Assembly: GCA_002269645.1 (NCBI GenBank)
Contig: NIVC01003305.1
Coordinates: forward strand, 40,866-104,865
Direction of reading: 5' to 3'
Length of the DNA: 64,000 nucleotides
From: Macrostomum lignano
Taxonomy: Eukaryota
Within the stretch, counting starts at the first letter, position 1. Each line of letters opens with the position of its first letter. The notes below the pieces were generated by a model. That model was not told where the DNA came from. It saw nothing but the letters and a program-made list of their open reading frames with translations, and did no database searches. Shown piece after piece: positions 37,205 through 50,295 of this stretch. A program made the translations under genes and the position numbers.

Positions 37205-39921
37205 ATAAGAGTGCTGGGCTAACAAGATGAAGCGATGGAGGGAGATGCAGCAGAAAATATTGGAGAAAGTCAGACAGCTTAGCTGCTTGGCTGGATTATA
37301 GATGGCAGCATTGCAGGTGGAGCAGGAAGTTTTTTAAGTAATAAAACCAGCTATGGTTAGACTGCATTTGGGAACTAGCTGGGTCATTAGATCCAGGTAT
37401 AATGATCATATGGCTAAAATTAATAATGCAAAGCATTAAAATATCATCTAGAACAAGCTTAATATAGCAGTTGAATGAATATACTTTTATTTAAAGTTTA
37501 TAAACATTGAATTTGAGAGAAAGTCTGTTACATACATATCTAAAATTTAAAGTTTTTATGTTTATATAAATATAAACTAATATATATACATGATGGTTCT
37601 ATTTAAACAATTAAATTAATACAAATTTAAGGAAAATATGAAATAAAATAATATATATATATATACCATACTAAAATTGGGTTATCTAAGTCCTAAATAT
37701 TATACAAGAAAAGAAGTCATAGATATGGTTACAAGAATACATAATTCCCATATCTAGTAATATTGACCACTGAATAACTAAGACTTAAAAGGCTATCAGG
37801 GACTTAAGCAGTAGAGATTATTAGACTTCTTAAACTTAAGGAATGTAAAATACTTTTGATTTTCCTATTTTTCTGAAACTTTTGCCAGAGTCTTAAAAGG
37901 TATCCAAAATGATAATAAAGCAAAAAACTTCCAAAAATTACCTTTATAGGTAATACAAGCTCAAATTTTTAATCTTCTTTGTTATTAATGATAATTTGAT
38001 ACAAACAGTTTTGCAAAATTGTATCAAATTTGGAATTTGGAAAATGAACTTTTTTAGAATCTTAACTTTTCAACTTTTCTATTTTCAAAAATCTAATTAA
38101 TTTATTTTGAAACAAAATCTAAAGTATTTGAATATTAATTATAATAAACAGAGTGTCCATTTTAGGTTTTATTTACTCAATTTGTTATAGAACAGCAATA
38201 GTGCCACATAGGTTTAGTGCTTTTGAAAAATGCTAATTACTGGTTTGGCAATGGCACTTGCCCTTTGCCTTTTGCTTTTGATTTGCTATCATTCTCTCAT
38301 CATTGTGACTAAGAGAGCCCTCCCTAGCTATATATTCTTTATTTGTTGGGCACTAGGCACAGGGCAAGGAGGTCACAGATACCTTTATAAGCTGCTAATT
38401 AGGGCCTAAAATCAGAAAAAGCACTAAAAATTACCATATAGACTCATTTTCTGGGGCATAGTCAAGAAGGTGGCCTTTGCCATAGAAAATTCTGGCATAT
38501 ACAAGGGGTCCTTGGCGAACTTGGTGCACAATCATGGTGTACACTAAGGTCCCTAGTGCATGCGGCACACAATCATGGTGCACACTGAGGTCCATAACGC
38601 ATGCGGCACATAATTGCAATGCATGCAGCGCATAAGGTCCCTGATATATGCGGTACTGTGCACAACTTTGGTGCATAAGGAATCAGAATAGAATCTTTAT
38701 TAGCATAAAACTGGCGTAGCATATTTAGTCTGCATGAATTCTAAGAATTTTGTAAATTTGTTGTAAAATATATAAAATAAGGGCACAGACATGTCATACA
38801 AATGGCACATGACATAGATGGCACACAGATTGTCTAAAAAATTTATTCTGGCACACACTGTGCCACCTTCCTGACTATGCTGGGGGGGGGGCCACATGCC
38901 CCTGGTGCCACAAGCTCCTGCTGCCTATGCTTCTATAATACATAGCCTATATATGGGGCTAGGCAGTATGCCTAGGCCTAGTAGGTATCTATAGGCCTAT
39001 TATCATGTAGTTTATAAAGCATCCAATAGGCAATAATAGGCATATTTTTATTTAAAATGGAACTCTACCTATCCAATAACAAGATAGCTAAGCTAAGAAC
39101 CAGAATCCAGACCAAAGCATAAAAGAGATACGAAGTAAGAATTTAACTTAAAATGTCTATTGGCCATTGGGTCTTGGGATTGGAATTTCGCCATATTTTG
39201 TTCCACTTCTACCTAACTGTTGTCAAGACTCAAAATTGACGATGTAGAAATTAGAATTGATATTCATCCCTTGATTCCTAACCCTTGGCCTTAATGACAT
39301 ACTTATTAAGTGGGTTAGGGGTTAGGCCCTACAAAATTAATAAAAATTTGATAAACCTCAGAAAAAAATAAAAAGAAAACGACATCACAAGACCTGAAAT
39401 ATTACAAAGGTAAGGTCATGTCATGCTGAGTCATGCGTGACGCACAATTACTAACAGCAAAATGTAAGGGCTAGCGCTGTTGGTGGAGTTGCTGTTATAT
39501 TTTTCGTTATGACTAACAGATTATTGTTGTTGACACATGTTCGACGCAATCCTGGAATAAAGTTATTCAAATATAACGTTGACGATTAACAAACTTTTTC
39601 GCAAGACGTCGCTATTCTTAGTTAATAATATTAAATACAAAAATTTTATTTCCATTAGGTAGCTCAAAATTACCTAAATAAAAAACCTTGTTTGCTAATT
39701 GTTTAATGTTTGGAAATAATTCTGTTAAAAAAATCGTGATAACCACCCCGAATTTCAGCTTTTTCACTAGCAATCTTCGCCCCCCGATGGGGGACATCTG
39801 GATAGAATCTCTGTTCTCTACAATTAACAAAAAGACAGCCAAAAAATCCTTCACAAAGACAACAGACAAACTGCTCAAATGAAGTGAATTGCAATAAGAA
39901 ATCTTCCCAAGACCACAAGCA

Positions 39922-40475
39922 TCCCCCAGATAGCAAGCATCCTCCAGATAGCAAGCATTCTCCCAGATAGCAAGCATTTCCCAGATAGCAAGCATCCCCA
40001 AGATAGCAAGCATCCTCCAGATAGCAAGCATCCCCAGATAGCAAGCATCCCCCAGATAGCAAGCATCCCCCAGATAGCAAACATCCCCCAGATAGCAAGC
40101 ATTCCCCAGATAGCAAGCATTCCGCAGATAGCAAGCATCCCCCAGATAGCAAGCATCCCCAAGATAGCAAGCATCCCTCAGATAGCAAGCATACCCCAAG
40201 ATAGCAAGCATCCCTCAGATAGCAAGCATACCCCAGATAGCAAGCATCCCCCAGATAGCAAGCATCACTCAGATAGCAAGCATCCCTCAGATAGCAAGCA
40301 TCCACCAGATAGCAAGCATCCCCCAGATAGCAAACATCCCCCAGATAGCAAGCATCCCCCAGATAGCAAGCATTCCCCAGATAGCAAGCATTCCCCAGAT
40401 AGCAAGCATCCCCCAGAAAGCAAGCATCCTCCAAATAGCAAGCATCCCCAAGATAGATAGCATCCCCAAATAGCA
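39922..40475. repeat. About 19-20-bp minisatellite (CCCAGATAGCAAGCATCC)n
   Basis: Direct reading. Confidence 0.93.
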
Positions 40476-40589
40476 ACCATCCACCAGACAATAAGTAGCT
40501 AGAGCGACAATTTCCTTAGCTTTATAGTGGCTCCTTTAAATTGGCATGGCGCTTTATACCTTTACATTTGAAATTGGATATCTTGAATG

Positions 40590-43500
40590 TTTGACATGGT
40601 GGCTCTTTTATGTTTGACATAGTGGCTCTTCTATGTTTGACATGGTGGCTCTTTTATGTTTGACATAGTGGCTCTTTTATGTTCGACATGGTGGCTCTTC
40701 TATGTTTGACATGGTGGCTTTTTTAGGTTTGACATGGTGGCTCTTTTATGTTTGACATGTTGACTTTTTTATGTTCGACACGGTGGCTTTTTAATGTTCG
40801 ACATGGTGGCTCTTTTAGGTTTGAACCGGTGGCTCTTTAATGTTTGACATGGTGGCTCTTTAATGTTCGACATGGTGGCTCTTTTATGTTCGACATGGTG
40901 GCTCTTTAATGTTTGACATGGTGGCCCTTTAATGGTTAACATGGCGGCTCTTTAATTTTCGAAATGGTGGCTCCTTAATTTTCGAAATGGTGGCTTTTTT
41001 ATGTTTGACATGGTGGCTCTTTAATGTTCGACATGGTGGCTCTTTAATGTTTGACATGGTGTCTGTTTTATGTTTGATATGGTGGCTCTTTAATGTTCGA
41101 CATGGTGGCTCTTTAATGTTTGACATGGTAACTCTTTTATGTTTGATATGGTGGCTCTTTAATGTTCGACATGGTGGCTCTTTAATGTTCGACATGGTGG
41201 CTCTTTAATGTTCGACATGGTGGCTCTTTAATTTTTAACATGGTGACTCTTTTATGTTCGACATGGTGGCTCTTTTATGTTTGACATAGTGGCTCTTCTA
41301 TGTTTGACATGGTGGCTCTTTAATGTTTGACATGGTGGCTCTATTATGTTTGACATGGTGGCTCTTCTATGTTTGACATGGTGGCTTTTTTAGGTTTGAC
41401 ATGGTGGCTCTTTTATGTTTGACATGTTGGCTTTTTAATGTTCGACATGGTGGCTTTTTAATGTTCGACATGGTGGCTCCTTTAGGTTTGAAATGGTGGC
41501 TCTTTAATATTTGACAAGGTGGCTCTTTAATGTTCGACATGGTGGCTCTTTTAGGTTTGAACCGGTGGCTCTTTAATGTTTGACATGGTGTCTGTTTTAT
41601 GTTTGACATGGTGGCTCTTTAATGTTCGACATGGTGGCTCTTTAATGTTCGACATGGTGGCTCTTTAATTTTTAACATGGTGACTCTTTTATGTTCGACA
41701 TGGTGGCTCCTTAAGGTTTGAAATATTGGCTCTTTAATGTTTAACATGGTGGCTTTTCTATGTTCGACATGGTGGCTTTTCTATGTTCGACATGGTGGCT
41801 CTTGTATGTTCGACATGGTGGCTCTTTTAATGGTCGACATGGTGGCTCTTTAATGTTCTTCATGTTGGCTCTTTTATGTTTGACATGGTGGCTTTTTTAT
41901 GTTTGACATGGTGGCTCTTTTATGTTCTACATAGCTGCTCTTTTATGTTCGACATTGTGGCTCTTGTATGTTCGACAGGGTCGCTCTTTTAGGTTTGAAA
42001 TGGTGGCTCTTTAATATTTGACAAGGTGGCCCTTTAATGTTTAACATGGCGGCTCTTAAATTTTCGAAATGGTGGCTGTTTTATATTTGACATGGTGGCT
42101 CTTTAATGTTCGACATGGTGGCTCTTTAATGTTCTTAATGGTGTCTGTTTTATGTTTGACATGGTTGCTCTTTTATGTTCGACATGGTGGCTCTTTAATT
42201 TTTAACATGGTAACTCTTTTATGTTTGATATGGTGGCTCTTTTATGTTCGACATGGTGGCTCTTGTATGTTCGACATGGTGGCTTCTTTAGGTTTGAAAT
42301 GGTGGCTCTTTAATATTTGACAAGGTGGCTCTTTAATGTTCGACATGGTGGCTCTTTTAGGTTTGAAATGGTGGCTCTTTAATATTTGACAAGGTGGCTC
42401 TTTAATGTTTGACATGGTGGCTCTTTAATGTTCGACATGGTGGCTCTTTAATGTTTGACATGGTAACTCTTTTATGTTTGATATGGTGGCTCTTTTATGT
42501 TCGACATGGTGGCTCTTTAATGTTTGACATGGTGGCTCTTTAATGTTTGACATGGTAACTCTTTTATGTTTGATATGGTGGCTCTTTAATGTTCGACATG
42601 GTGGCTCTTGTATGTTCGACATGGTGGCTTCTTTAGGTTTGAAATGGTGGCTCTTTAATATTTGACAAGGTGGCTCTTTAATGTTTGACATGGTGGCTCT
42701 TTAATGTTTGACATGGTGGCTCTTTTAGGTTTGAAATGGTGGCTTTTTAATGTTTGACAATGTGGCTCTTTAATGTTTGACATGGTGGCTTTTTAATGTT
42801 CGACATGGTGGCTCTTTTAGGTTTGAACCGGTGGCTCTTTAATGTTTGACATGGTGTCTGTTTTATGTTTGACATGGTGGCTCTTTAATGTTCGACATGG
42901 TGGCTCTTTTAGGTTTGAACCGGTGGCTCTTTAATGTTTGACATGGTGGCTCTTTAATGTTTGAAATGGTGGCTCTTTAATGTTCGACATGGTGGCTCTT
43001 TAATTTTTAACATGGTGACTCTTTTATGTTCGACATGGTGGCTCCTTTAGGTTTGAAATATTGGCTCTTTAATGTTTAACATGGTGGCTTTTCTATGTTC
43101 GACATGGTGGCTTTTCTATGTTCGACATGGTGGCTCTTGTATGTTCGACATGGTGGCTCTTTTATGTTCGACATGGTGGCTCTTGTATGTTCGACAGGGT
43201 CGCTCTTTTAGGTTTGAAATGGTGGCTCTTTAATATTTGACAAGGTGGCCCTTTAATGTTTAACATAGCGGCTCTTAAATTTTTGAAATGGTGGCTCCTT
43301 AATTTTCGAAATGGTGGCTGTTTTATATTTGACATGGTGGCTCTTTAATGTTCTTAATGGTGTCTGTTTTATGTTTGACATGGTGGCTCTTTAATTTTTA
43401 ACATGGTGGCTCTTTTAGGTTTGAAACGGTGGCTCTTTAATGTTTGACATGGTGACTCTTTAATGTTTGACATGGTGGCTTTTCTATGTTCGACATGGTG

Positions 43501-44178
43501 GCTCTTGTATGTTCGACATGGTGGCTTCTTTAGGTTTGAAATGGTGGCTCTTTAATATTTGACAAGGTGGCTCTTTAATGTTCGACATGGTGGCTCTTTA
43601 ATGTTTGACATGGTGGCTCTTTTAGGTTTGAAATGGTGGGTCTTTAATGCTTGACAATGTGGCTCTTTAATGTTTGACATGGTGGCTCTTTAATGTTCGA
43701 CATGGTGGCTCTTTAATGTTTGACATGGTAACTCTTTTATGTTTAATATGGTGGCTCTTTTATGTTCGACATGGTGGCTCTTTAATGTTTGACATGGTGG
43801 CTATTGAATGTTTGACATGGTAACTATTTTAGGTTTGAAATGGTGGGTCTTTAATGCTTGACAATGTGGCTCTTTAATGTTTGACATGGTAACTCTTTTA
43901 TGTTTGATATGGTGGCTCTTTTATGTTCGACATGGTGGCTCTTTAATTTTCGACATGGTGGCTCCTTTAGGTTTGAAATGGTGGCTCTTTAATGTTTGAC
44001 ATGGTGGCTCTTCTATGTTCGACATGGTGGCTCTTTAATGTTCGACATGGTGGCTCTTTAATTTTTAACATGGTAACTCTTTTATGTTCGATATGGTGGC
44101 TCTTTTATGTTCGACATGGTGGTTCTTTAATGTTCGACATGGTGGCTCCTTTAGGTTTGACATGGTGGCTCTTCTATT
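40590..44178. repeat. 23-bp satellite (GGTGGCTCTTTAATGTTCGACAT)n, about 3.6 kb, diverged
   Basis: Direct reading; the unit contains the ATGT-TCG-ACAT hairpin. Confidence 0.96.
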
Positions 44179-44239
44179 GCGCTTTTTTTATGTTTAGCAG
44201 TTTTTTAGTTTTTAAGGTGTTTTAATAAAAAAATTATTT

Positions 44240-44306
44240 TGCGCTTCTAAGACTCGAACCCAGGTCGCTACATTAGCATTCCAGTCTGTTCGCATCAGGG
44301 CTATCT
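44240..44306 (-). pseudogene. Degenerate tRNA-like sequence (B-box GGGTTCGAGTC, weak A-box)
   Basis: Reverse complement gatagccctgatgcgaacagactggaatgctaatgtagcgacctgggttcgagtcttagaagcgc, followed by a T-run. No proper cloverleaf. Confidence 0.35.
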
Positions 44307-44639
44307 CTTTTCAATTGGAGAACATGAATTGTGGCCCTTATAATTCAATTCTTACAGCAAGTCAATTGGAGTAAAAAGTTATGACATAATCAATTTCTCA
44401 GTCAGCCAGTATCAGTCTCACTTCGAGTTAGCAATATGGTTACGCAATTTCAATCAAGTCGTGTGTGCATTTCTTCGGCACTGTTTTCAACTTGTTGTAA
44501 TGCAATCTTTATCAGAATTGAAATTCAGTCAGTCAGTTTTTTCTCTAGCATTCTTACAATGCATTTCAAGTCGAAAATTTTGCTTGACCTTTGCAAAAAA
44601 GCGTGTTTTTCGAATATTTAATCCCTTTAACATTGAGCA

Positions 44640-44790
44640 ATTTCTTAGCCAAGATGCATGTACTGTGCCAGGAAAATTTCTGATCGAATGATGCAAGTTT
44701 GAAGAAAATCGGTTGAGCCGTTTTTTCTGAAATCAATCGCATACCCATATACATACATACATACAGACAACTCATTTTTAGTATATAGGA
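44640..44790 (-). mobile_element. 5' end of a non-autonomous Helitron-like element
   Basis: Minus strand reads A|TCCTATATACTAAAAATGAG-TTGTC(TGTA)n...AAAACGGCTCAACCGATTTTCTTCAAACTT. This is the TC start, microsatellite and CGGCTxAACCGATTT pattern I recognise from invertebrate Helitron/Lep1-type 5' ends. No 3' CTRR hairpin was identified. Confidence 0.45.
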
Positions 44791-45356
44791 TTAGCACGAT
44801 ATTGATGACTGTTGGAATGAAGTTGCCTGCTGAAGGGATGCCCAGTCGAAATACTGACATTTGGAAAGAAAAGGAAAATTTTGCATTTTAGCGACGACAG
44901 ACTTTTATTCGTCATCCCGTATCCCGTATTATATTATATCCCATGACCTTCAGGTGAAATGTTCCGGCCATCGGGCAAAATGCAGTCTTGTACACGTAAC
45001 CTATCTCAGTTAGACTGCTAGTAGCCCCCCAGTTTCTCTCAGAAAGAAGTGCGTCACACGGACTGATATGTTGGCTCTTCCTGGGCCCATCACTAAATTT
45101 TGCGCACCAGCTCCCCCTTCTTTCCCTGTGATTCCTGCGCCCCATGACTCATGTTTATCGCCCACCCCACTTCCCGGTGCACAAACCCCACCTCCTTTCT
45201 GTTGTTCTAAATTATTCATGCGTGTGACAGTTTTTTATGGCTCCAATCTCCCTAAGCTTTTTCCTGCCTGTTACGTATCCTCCATCATAAATATTTTTCT
45301 CCGCTGCGCCGAACCCCAACCCCGTTTTCTCGTCTAATCACAGCACGGCTGACGGG

Positions 45357-45428
45357 TGACGTCATCCAGGGTTGCTTGGTAACGAAGGTCAAGGACAAGT
45401 CACGGCCTTCAATGTCACGCTCACGTGA
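45357..45428. promoter_or_regulatory. Compact cluster: CRE TGACGTCA (45357), RFX X-box GTTGCTTGGTAAC (45371), E-box TCACGTGA (45421)
   Basis: Three consensus palindromic sites within 72 bp of non-repetitive DNA. Confidence 0.45.
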
Positions 45429-47479
45429 TCGCATTACGCGTGATCTCGGGGCTATGAAGACTGTTTTGAGCCCCGAGCGGCTACCATTTTATCGTTTTTC
45501 CGTCCTGTAACAACTGTTTCCGTCCAATTCCCCTTCCGTTTCCTTACTAATCCTTCAGAGCTGTAACGACCGTTCGGAGCCCTTTCTCCCTTTTTGGTGC
45601 CAAGTTGTAGCCACCGCTATGAGCTGTAACTTCTGGTGGATTTAACTTTTGACTGATCGTCTGTGACTGCAGCCACCACCGTGACTATCCGACCACCACT
45701 GTGCCAAGCAGCCCTGCCCGCGTCTAGAAATGGTCCGTGAATTATGGTATTTCTTTGTCTGTTGCGCTGTCTTTGAGTATAATCAGCCCGGTCTCCCTCC
45801 CCCATTGCTCATCATCTAACAGTTCAATCCAAACTTATAAATTCCGTATTAATAATCAACAGAGCGGATAAGGCCAAGTTTAGGGCCAATAATTCAGAGC
45901 ATTCAACTCATTTTCTTCTGTCTGTTTGCTCATTAATTTACTATGAGACGTGGTATGAAATGTGAGTAGTGAGTGTGCCTGTCACAGGGCATACAATAGA
46001 AGCTGAGGATATCACAGTGGAAGATCACCGAGTATGAGCCGAATCTAACCAAATAATCATGGCAGTAACAATACTTCTAAATAAGTCGCCGTAGGATGTA
46101 CATCACGAGAGAGCCCTGGGACCCGCACTTCCCCATCCCCTGCCGCATCGAACCCATCTAGGAGGAAAGAAATTAAAATGGCGTTTACCTATTATCAACC
46201 CTTGGGGTCCTGGGGCTTATGAGGACATTGTAATCTAAAACCACTCACCAGCTAAAAGACCCCCCTATGCAAAAGTCCTCGTTTTCAGCACTGACTAGAC
46301 TGTCCTTGTAAGCCTCGCATTGAGTCCCTTAATCGGTCATTTCTAGTACAGCTGGGGTCAAGAACCTTTGTCTGTTACAGACCGGGGGAGTCCCGTCTCC
46401 TTAGTAGGAGTTTTTACCGCGGGTGTACTCCTGCACAGGGGACTGGTGGCGGCCGCGTCTCTGGCGTAAACCTTGAAACAACTCGGGCCCGCTGTCTAAA
46501 TGGGATCTCGGCCGCAACGTCACCTACCGCACCATCCAGAGGCGGACAAAGTCTAGGGGACGAAGCCTGGTGGTTGTACCTTTCAGCGCCAGAGCCCAGG
46601 GATTTGCGCAAAGGTGTTTTCATGCAGCCCGGGTTACGTCACTACTTATAAGTAGTCCGTGAAATGCATGGGCTAATTAAACTTTGAGACGTTGCCTCAT
46701 CAATATTTTTGCCCATAACTACCCTCCCTAATATCTGCAGAACCCTAAGGATGCGCCAATACAACTGTACATGTACATCTAGCCAAGGACTGGTTGAAAA
46801 ATAATTATGATAACCCACGGATGCCGACCGTCTCAGCTTCATACTTTCATGTATTTGTGCTCCGACCTATCAGAGTTCCCGCTGACAGTATCCAATTTGT
46901 TTCAGCTTATGCATCTGTAAGTAAGCTGCAATTAATACAATATAAATGTCTTTCCTTGTTTCTGCATAACTCAGGTGTTGTACATGTATCTGTAATCTTG
47001 ACAATCCTTGATCCAAGAACTTTTATCTAGTAAAATGCTTGTTGATGCATTTTCTGGCGTTTGATGGACAAGGAATATCGCCTGCTTCAGGATACGCGTA
47101 ATTAGGCGTGAGCATGAAAACTGTTCGTCTGACGAGTATGAACGTATGATTAAAAATGTGCCCTTGAATCAAAGAAAGCAGGCAAAACAGGTGTGCATGC
47201 AGGCTTTGCGTCAAACCCGTCCTAATAGTAGCGCAGCGGACTAAATTTAAAATAATGCTCAGAAATGTCAAGCAGCGCATAGCGATCATCCTTTGTGCCT
47301 GTAGTTTGCACAATGTCTGCATTTTTCTTTCTGGAATGACACGGATCATGGGCCATATTGAAAGCCAAACAAAAATAACTCTGACTTTCCTATGCGCCAA
47401 TGCTTGAACAGTAGAATATCCAAGCTGATTGTCAGCAAAAAATAGCTGAATAGCTTGGCTGGAAAAGTTCTAAATTTAA

Positions 47480-47935
47480 TGCGTCTACAGCAATATTCAC
47501 GTCAACAATGCGCGCAGGGTTCTTCTGCCGCTCTGGCCTTCCGTTGTGCAACGCGAGACCTGGACCCTGACAGCAGGTCGATGCAGCGCACGCTGGCCTG
47601 CTTCGCGCCGCCTTCAAGATCAGTTACAAAGCGGCACTCTATCGCCGTACCAGCCTGTCCCGTCCCAGCGAACTGTTGCGCCGTCGGGGACTTCAGCCAT
47701 GGCAAGCCTCATCATCCAAGCCGAGTTCTACTGCCTGAAGCCGGTGCAGGAGGTGCTGTTGCTGACGTGCTGGCACCCTACCGTCGGGGACAGGCGCGCA
47801 CTCGGCGATTCGTCGACTGCCTGCTGGCTGACGCCGGCGCCCCGGACACTGCGGGCGGTGCGGCCTACGTTCGCGCCCAGGCCCTGAAACGCGTCCTGTC
47901 ACGCTGTCTTTGCCTCTCTTGACTCGCTTGACTGG
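47480..47935 (+). mobile_element. 5'-truncated RTE-clade (RTE-X-like) non-LTR retrotransposon fragment, frameshifted
   Basis: Joining frames gives ...HAGLLRAAFKISY...ALYRRTSLSRPSELLRRRGLQ / LIIQAEFYCLKPVQEVLLLT / LAPYRRGQARTRRFVDCLLADAGAPDT, which resembles the post-RT C-terminus of RTE ORFs. Paralogous to 48790-49071. Confidence 0.55.
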
Positions 47936-47960
47936 CTGACAACGACAACGTATTTAGATA

Positions 47961-48255
47961 GGGTTGTAGCCTAATGGTTAGAGCGTCGGACTCACGACTG
48001 AAAGGTCGGGGGTTCAATTATTGACCCACTCAAAACAATTTGCGTCCGTATCAACTCTGCATTGCTTCAGTTCACCCAGCTGTAAAATGAGTGCCAGCAT
48101 TAGCTGGGGTAATTGAGGCTGTGTGTGGCGCCCCCAGTCCTTGGACTGAACAGCCGTACGCAGCCTTCAGATGCAATAGCTGCGGCTGAGCTGTCGGTTG
48201 CACATCTGTCTATTGGAGCAGGTGTAATCAATCATTATTATTTATTATTTATATA
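47961..48255 (+). mobile_element. tRNA-derived SINE with a CORE-like central motif and ATT-rich tail
   Basis: A-box TAGCCTAATGG, B-box GGTTCAATT, central cttcagttcacccagctgtaaaatgag (48065-48091), tail atcattattatttattattt. Confidence 0.7.
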
Positions 48256-48789
48256 TGAGTCAAGCCAATAGTACTACTATATAAAGAGAGTGTTTATAGG
48301 AGAAGGATGGTCCCAAATCATTTTCGGTGACGGCAATGCTGTTAGCGCACAAAGTGACAAAAAGCCCCAGTCACACAAGGACTGCATCACAGCTGAGTGG
48401 CCGCGCACAGCTGACAAGAAAGTTTAATTCAAACAGAGCGGCATAAAGGAATACGAGCTAAAAGTCGGGCAAAGCCTCGCCGCTCGTTTGAACACACGTC
48501 AGAGCGTTTCCGCTTGACTTGTTGACTTTTAGGATCTACCGGTAATTTCCGGTTGGCTGCAAATCTCTGACACTCCCGCTTTGTTCAATTTTGCTTTCCA
48601 TCGTGACCCCCCCCCCGAGAGCACCAGCAATGTCTGGCGTAGCCAGTTTAATCAAGCTGCAGTTCGTTCCCTGAATCCTTTCTACCCAGTGTACATTTTT
48701 AAAATAATACGCTCGAGACAGGAGCAATTGAAATTGCACCGCCACTTTGCCTGCTTGCCGACTTTTCGAGCTGACGAGAGCCCCGGGAC

Positions 48790-48996
48790 CGAGTGCATCG
48801 GCGGCGGCTCCTGCCCCCGGCCTCTACAGGACGTCCTGCTGTTGACTTTGCAGGGCCCAGCTAGGCGGGGCCAGGCCAGAACCCGTCGTTACGTGGACTG
48901 CCAGCTGTGCGACTCCGGGGCGCCCGACACAGCTGGCGGGGGCGGACTTTGTCATCTGATGCACCCTGACCGCTTGACTTTACTGGGCTGCGTCTT

Positions 48997-49071
<75 letters not shown>
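48790..49071 (+). mobile_element. Second 5'-truncated RTE-like fragment ending in a (TTG)n tail
   Basis: CPRPLQDVLLLTLQGPARRGQARTRRYVDCQLCDSGAPDTAGG aligns with the copy at 47.7 kb. About 25 TTG repeats at the 3' end, as expected for RTE tails. Confidence 0.55.
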
Positions 49072-49072
<1 letters not shown>

Positions 49073-50295
49073 AAATCCATATGCTTTCTCATCTCCTTTC
49101 TTTACCCATACAATTCGTCCATCATTTTGTACATAGTTTTTATACGAGAACATTTTTTACTTTACCTTCAATATCAGTGCATGGCTTTTAAATCGCTAAT
49201 CTCTTCCTGGATTTGAGACTTATGCTGCGCAGTGATCCAGGCAAATTTCCGGTTCCATTTAAATTTTTGTCAGAGTCTGATGAATTAGCGAATGCTGAAA
49301 GGTCAAACGAGGCCATTTAATTGATTAAATTCAATTCAGTTTCTTTCAATGTCATACCAAGGTCAACCGAGAAGGACAAACCGAGTGAAAGACCTACCGT
49401 GACTAGGATCTTCCAAAGCTCTTCAGAGACCCCCGAGGGATACCAAATCCGAATGCGAAGTCAAAGGCAAATAAGTTACCATAAAATTGCTACATCGATG
49501 CTCAGCCAACACACTCGCAAATTGTCAGATTTTTAAGGAGACCGATTTTGGCAGCAATAAATTGCCCCTTTTACAGAATGCAAACTGTAGGATAAAAGTG
49601 GCAAACTTATTATCTATGGCTACTGCAGTTTGTTGCCTCAGACTCCTTAGAGACACCCATGATGCGTACAAAAAAGGAAGACATTCGAATAAGCTTTAGA
49701 GTGTACCTTCTTTTTGATGGCACGTAAAATTAGTATTGTTTACTGTTTAACAGTCTCACAATATAGACAACGCTGTAAGGCTTAACTAAAAGGAACTCGT
49801 TAGTTTTGGCAATTGGGTGGTCGATAACTACGACAGTTTTCACCCGTCTGTGGTACCGACTCAATTCTCAAAAGCTTAGGACAGGCCAGATCTCAGCATT
49901 CTCTCCTTGAGCACTGATTGGCTGCTTGTTCAGGCATGAGGAATTACAACCTTAAAGGAAGCAACTTTGACTCCTGCGCCATTGCACATGCGACGGAAGA
50001 GTCATAAGCTTGGCGAGAATAATAACTGAAGAGACTTTTCGTCACAACTTGCAGGATTTGCGCTAATCTTGACTTGACGCACGTAAGCTTTTTGCCGATT
50101 ATATTTCCTATAATTTACTGCGAATACTGCAGAGTAAAGCACTTCAGTAACAATGACATTGACGGTATGAGAAACTCAGTTGCGGGCTACAGATCGAGAG
50201 AAATAGGAAAAATGGTGCATTTTTGGCCGACAGGACAATCGGAATCGTGAACAGGTGCGTCCGATGTTTTCTACTCAAATGAAGGGCGGCTTCAA

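Noticed and set aside
38870-38930. Possible hAT-like terminal sequence (minus-strand cataggcagcagg...ggcccccc)
   Set aside because: No matching second terminal repeat or TSD could be located.
47961-48030. Functional tRNA gene
   Set aside because: The anticodon and acceptor stems pair poorly, and the sequence continues into a SINE body and tail.
48997-49071. Poly-cysteine protein tail in ORF 48581..49216
   Set aside because: It is the (TTG)n microsatellite tail of the retroelement fragment.
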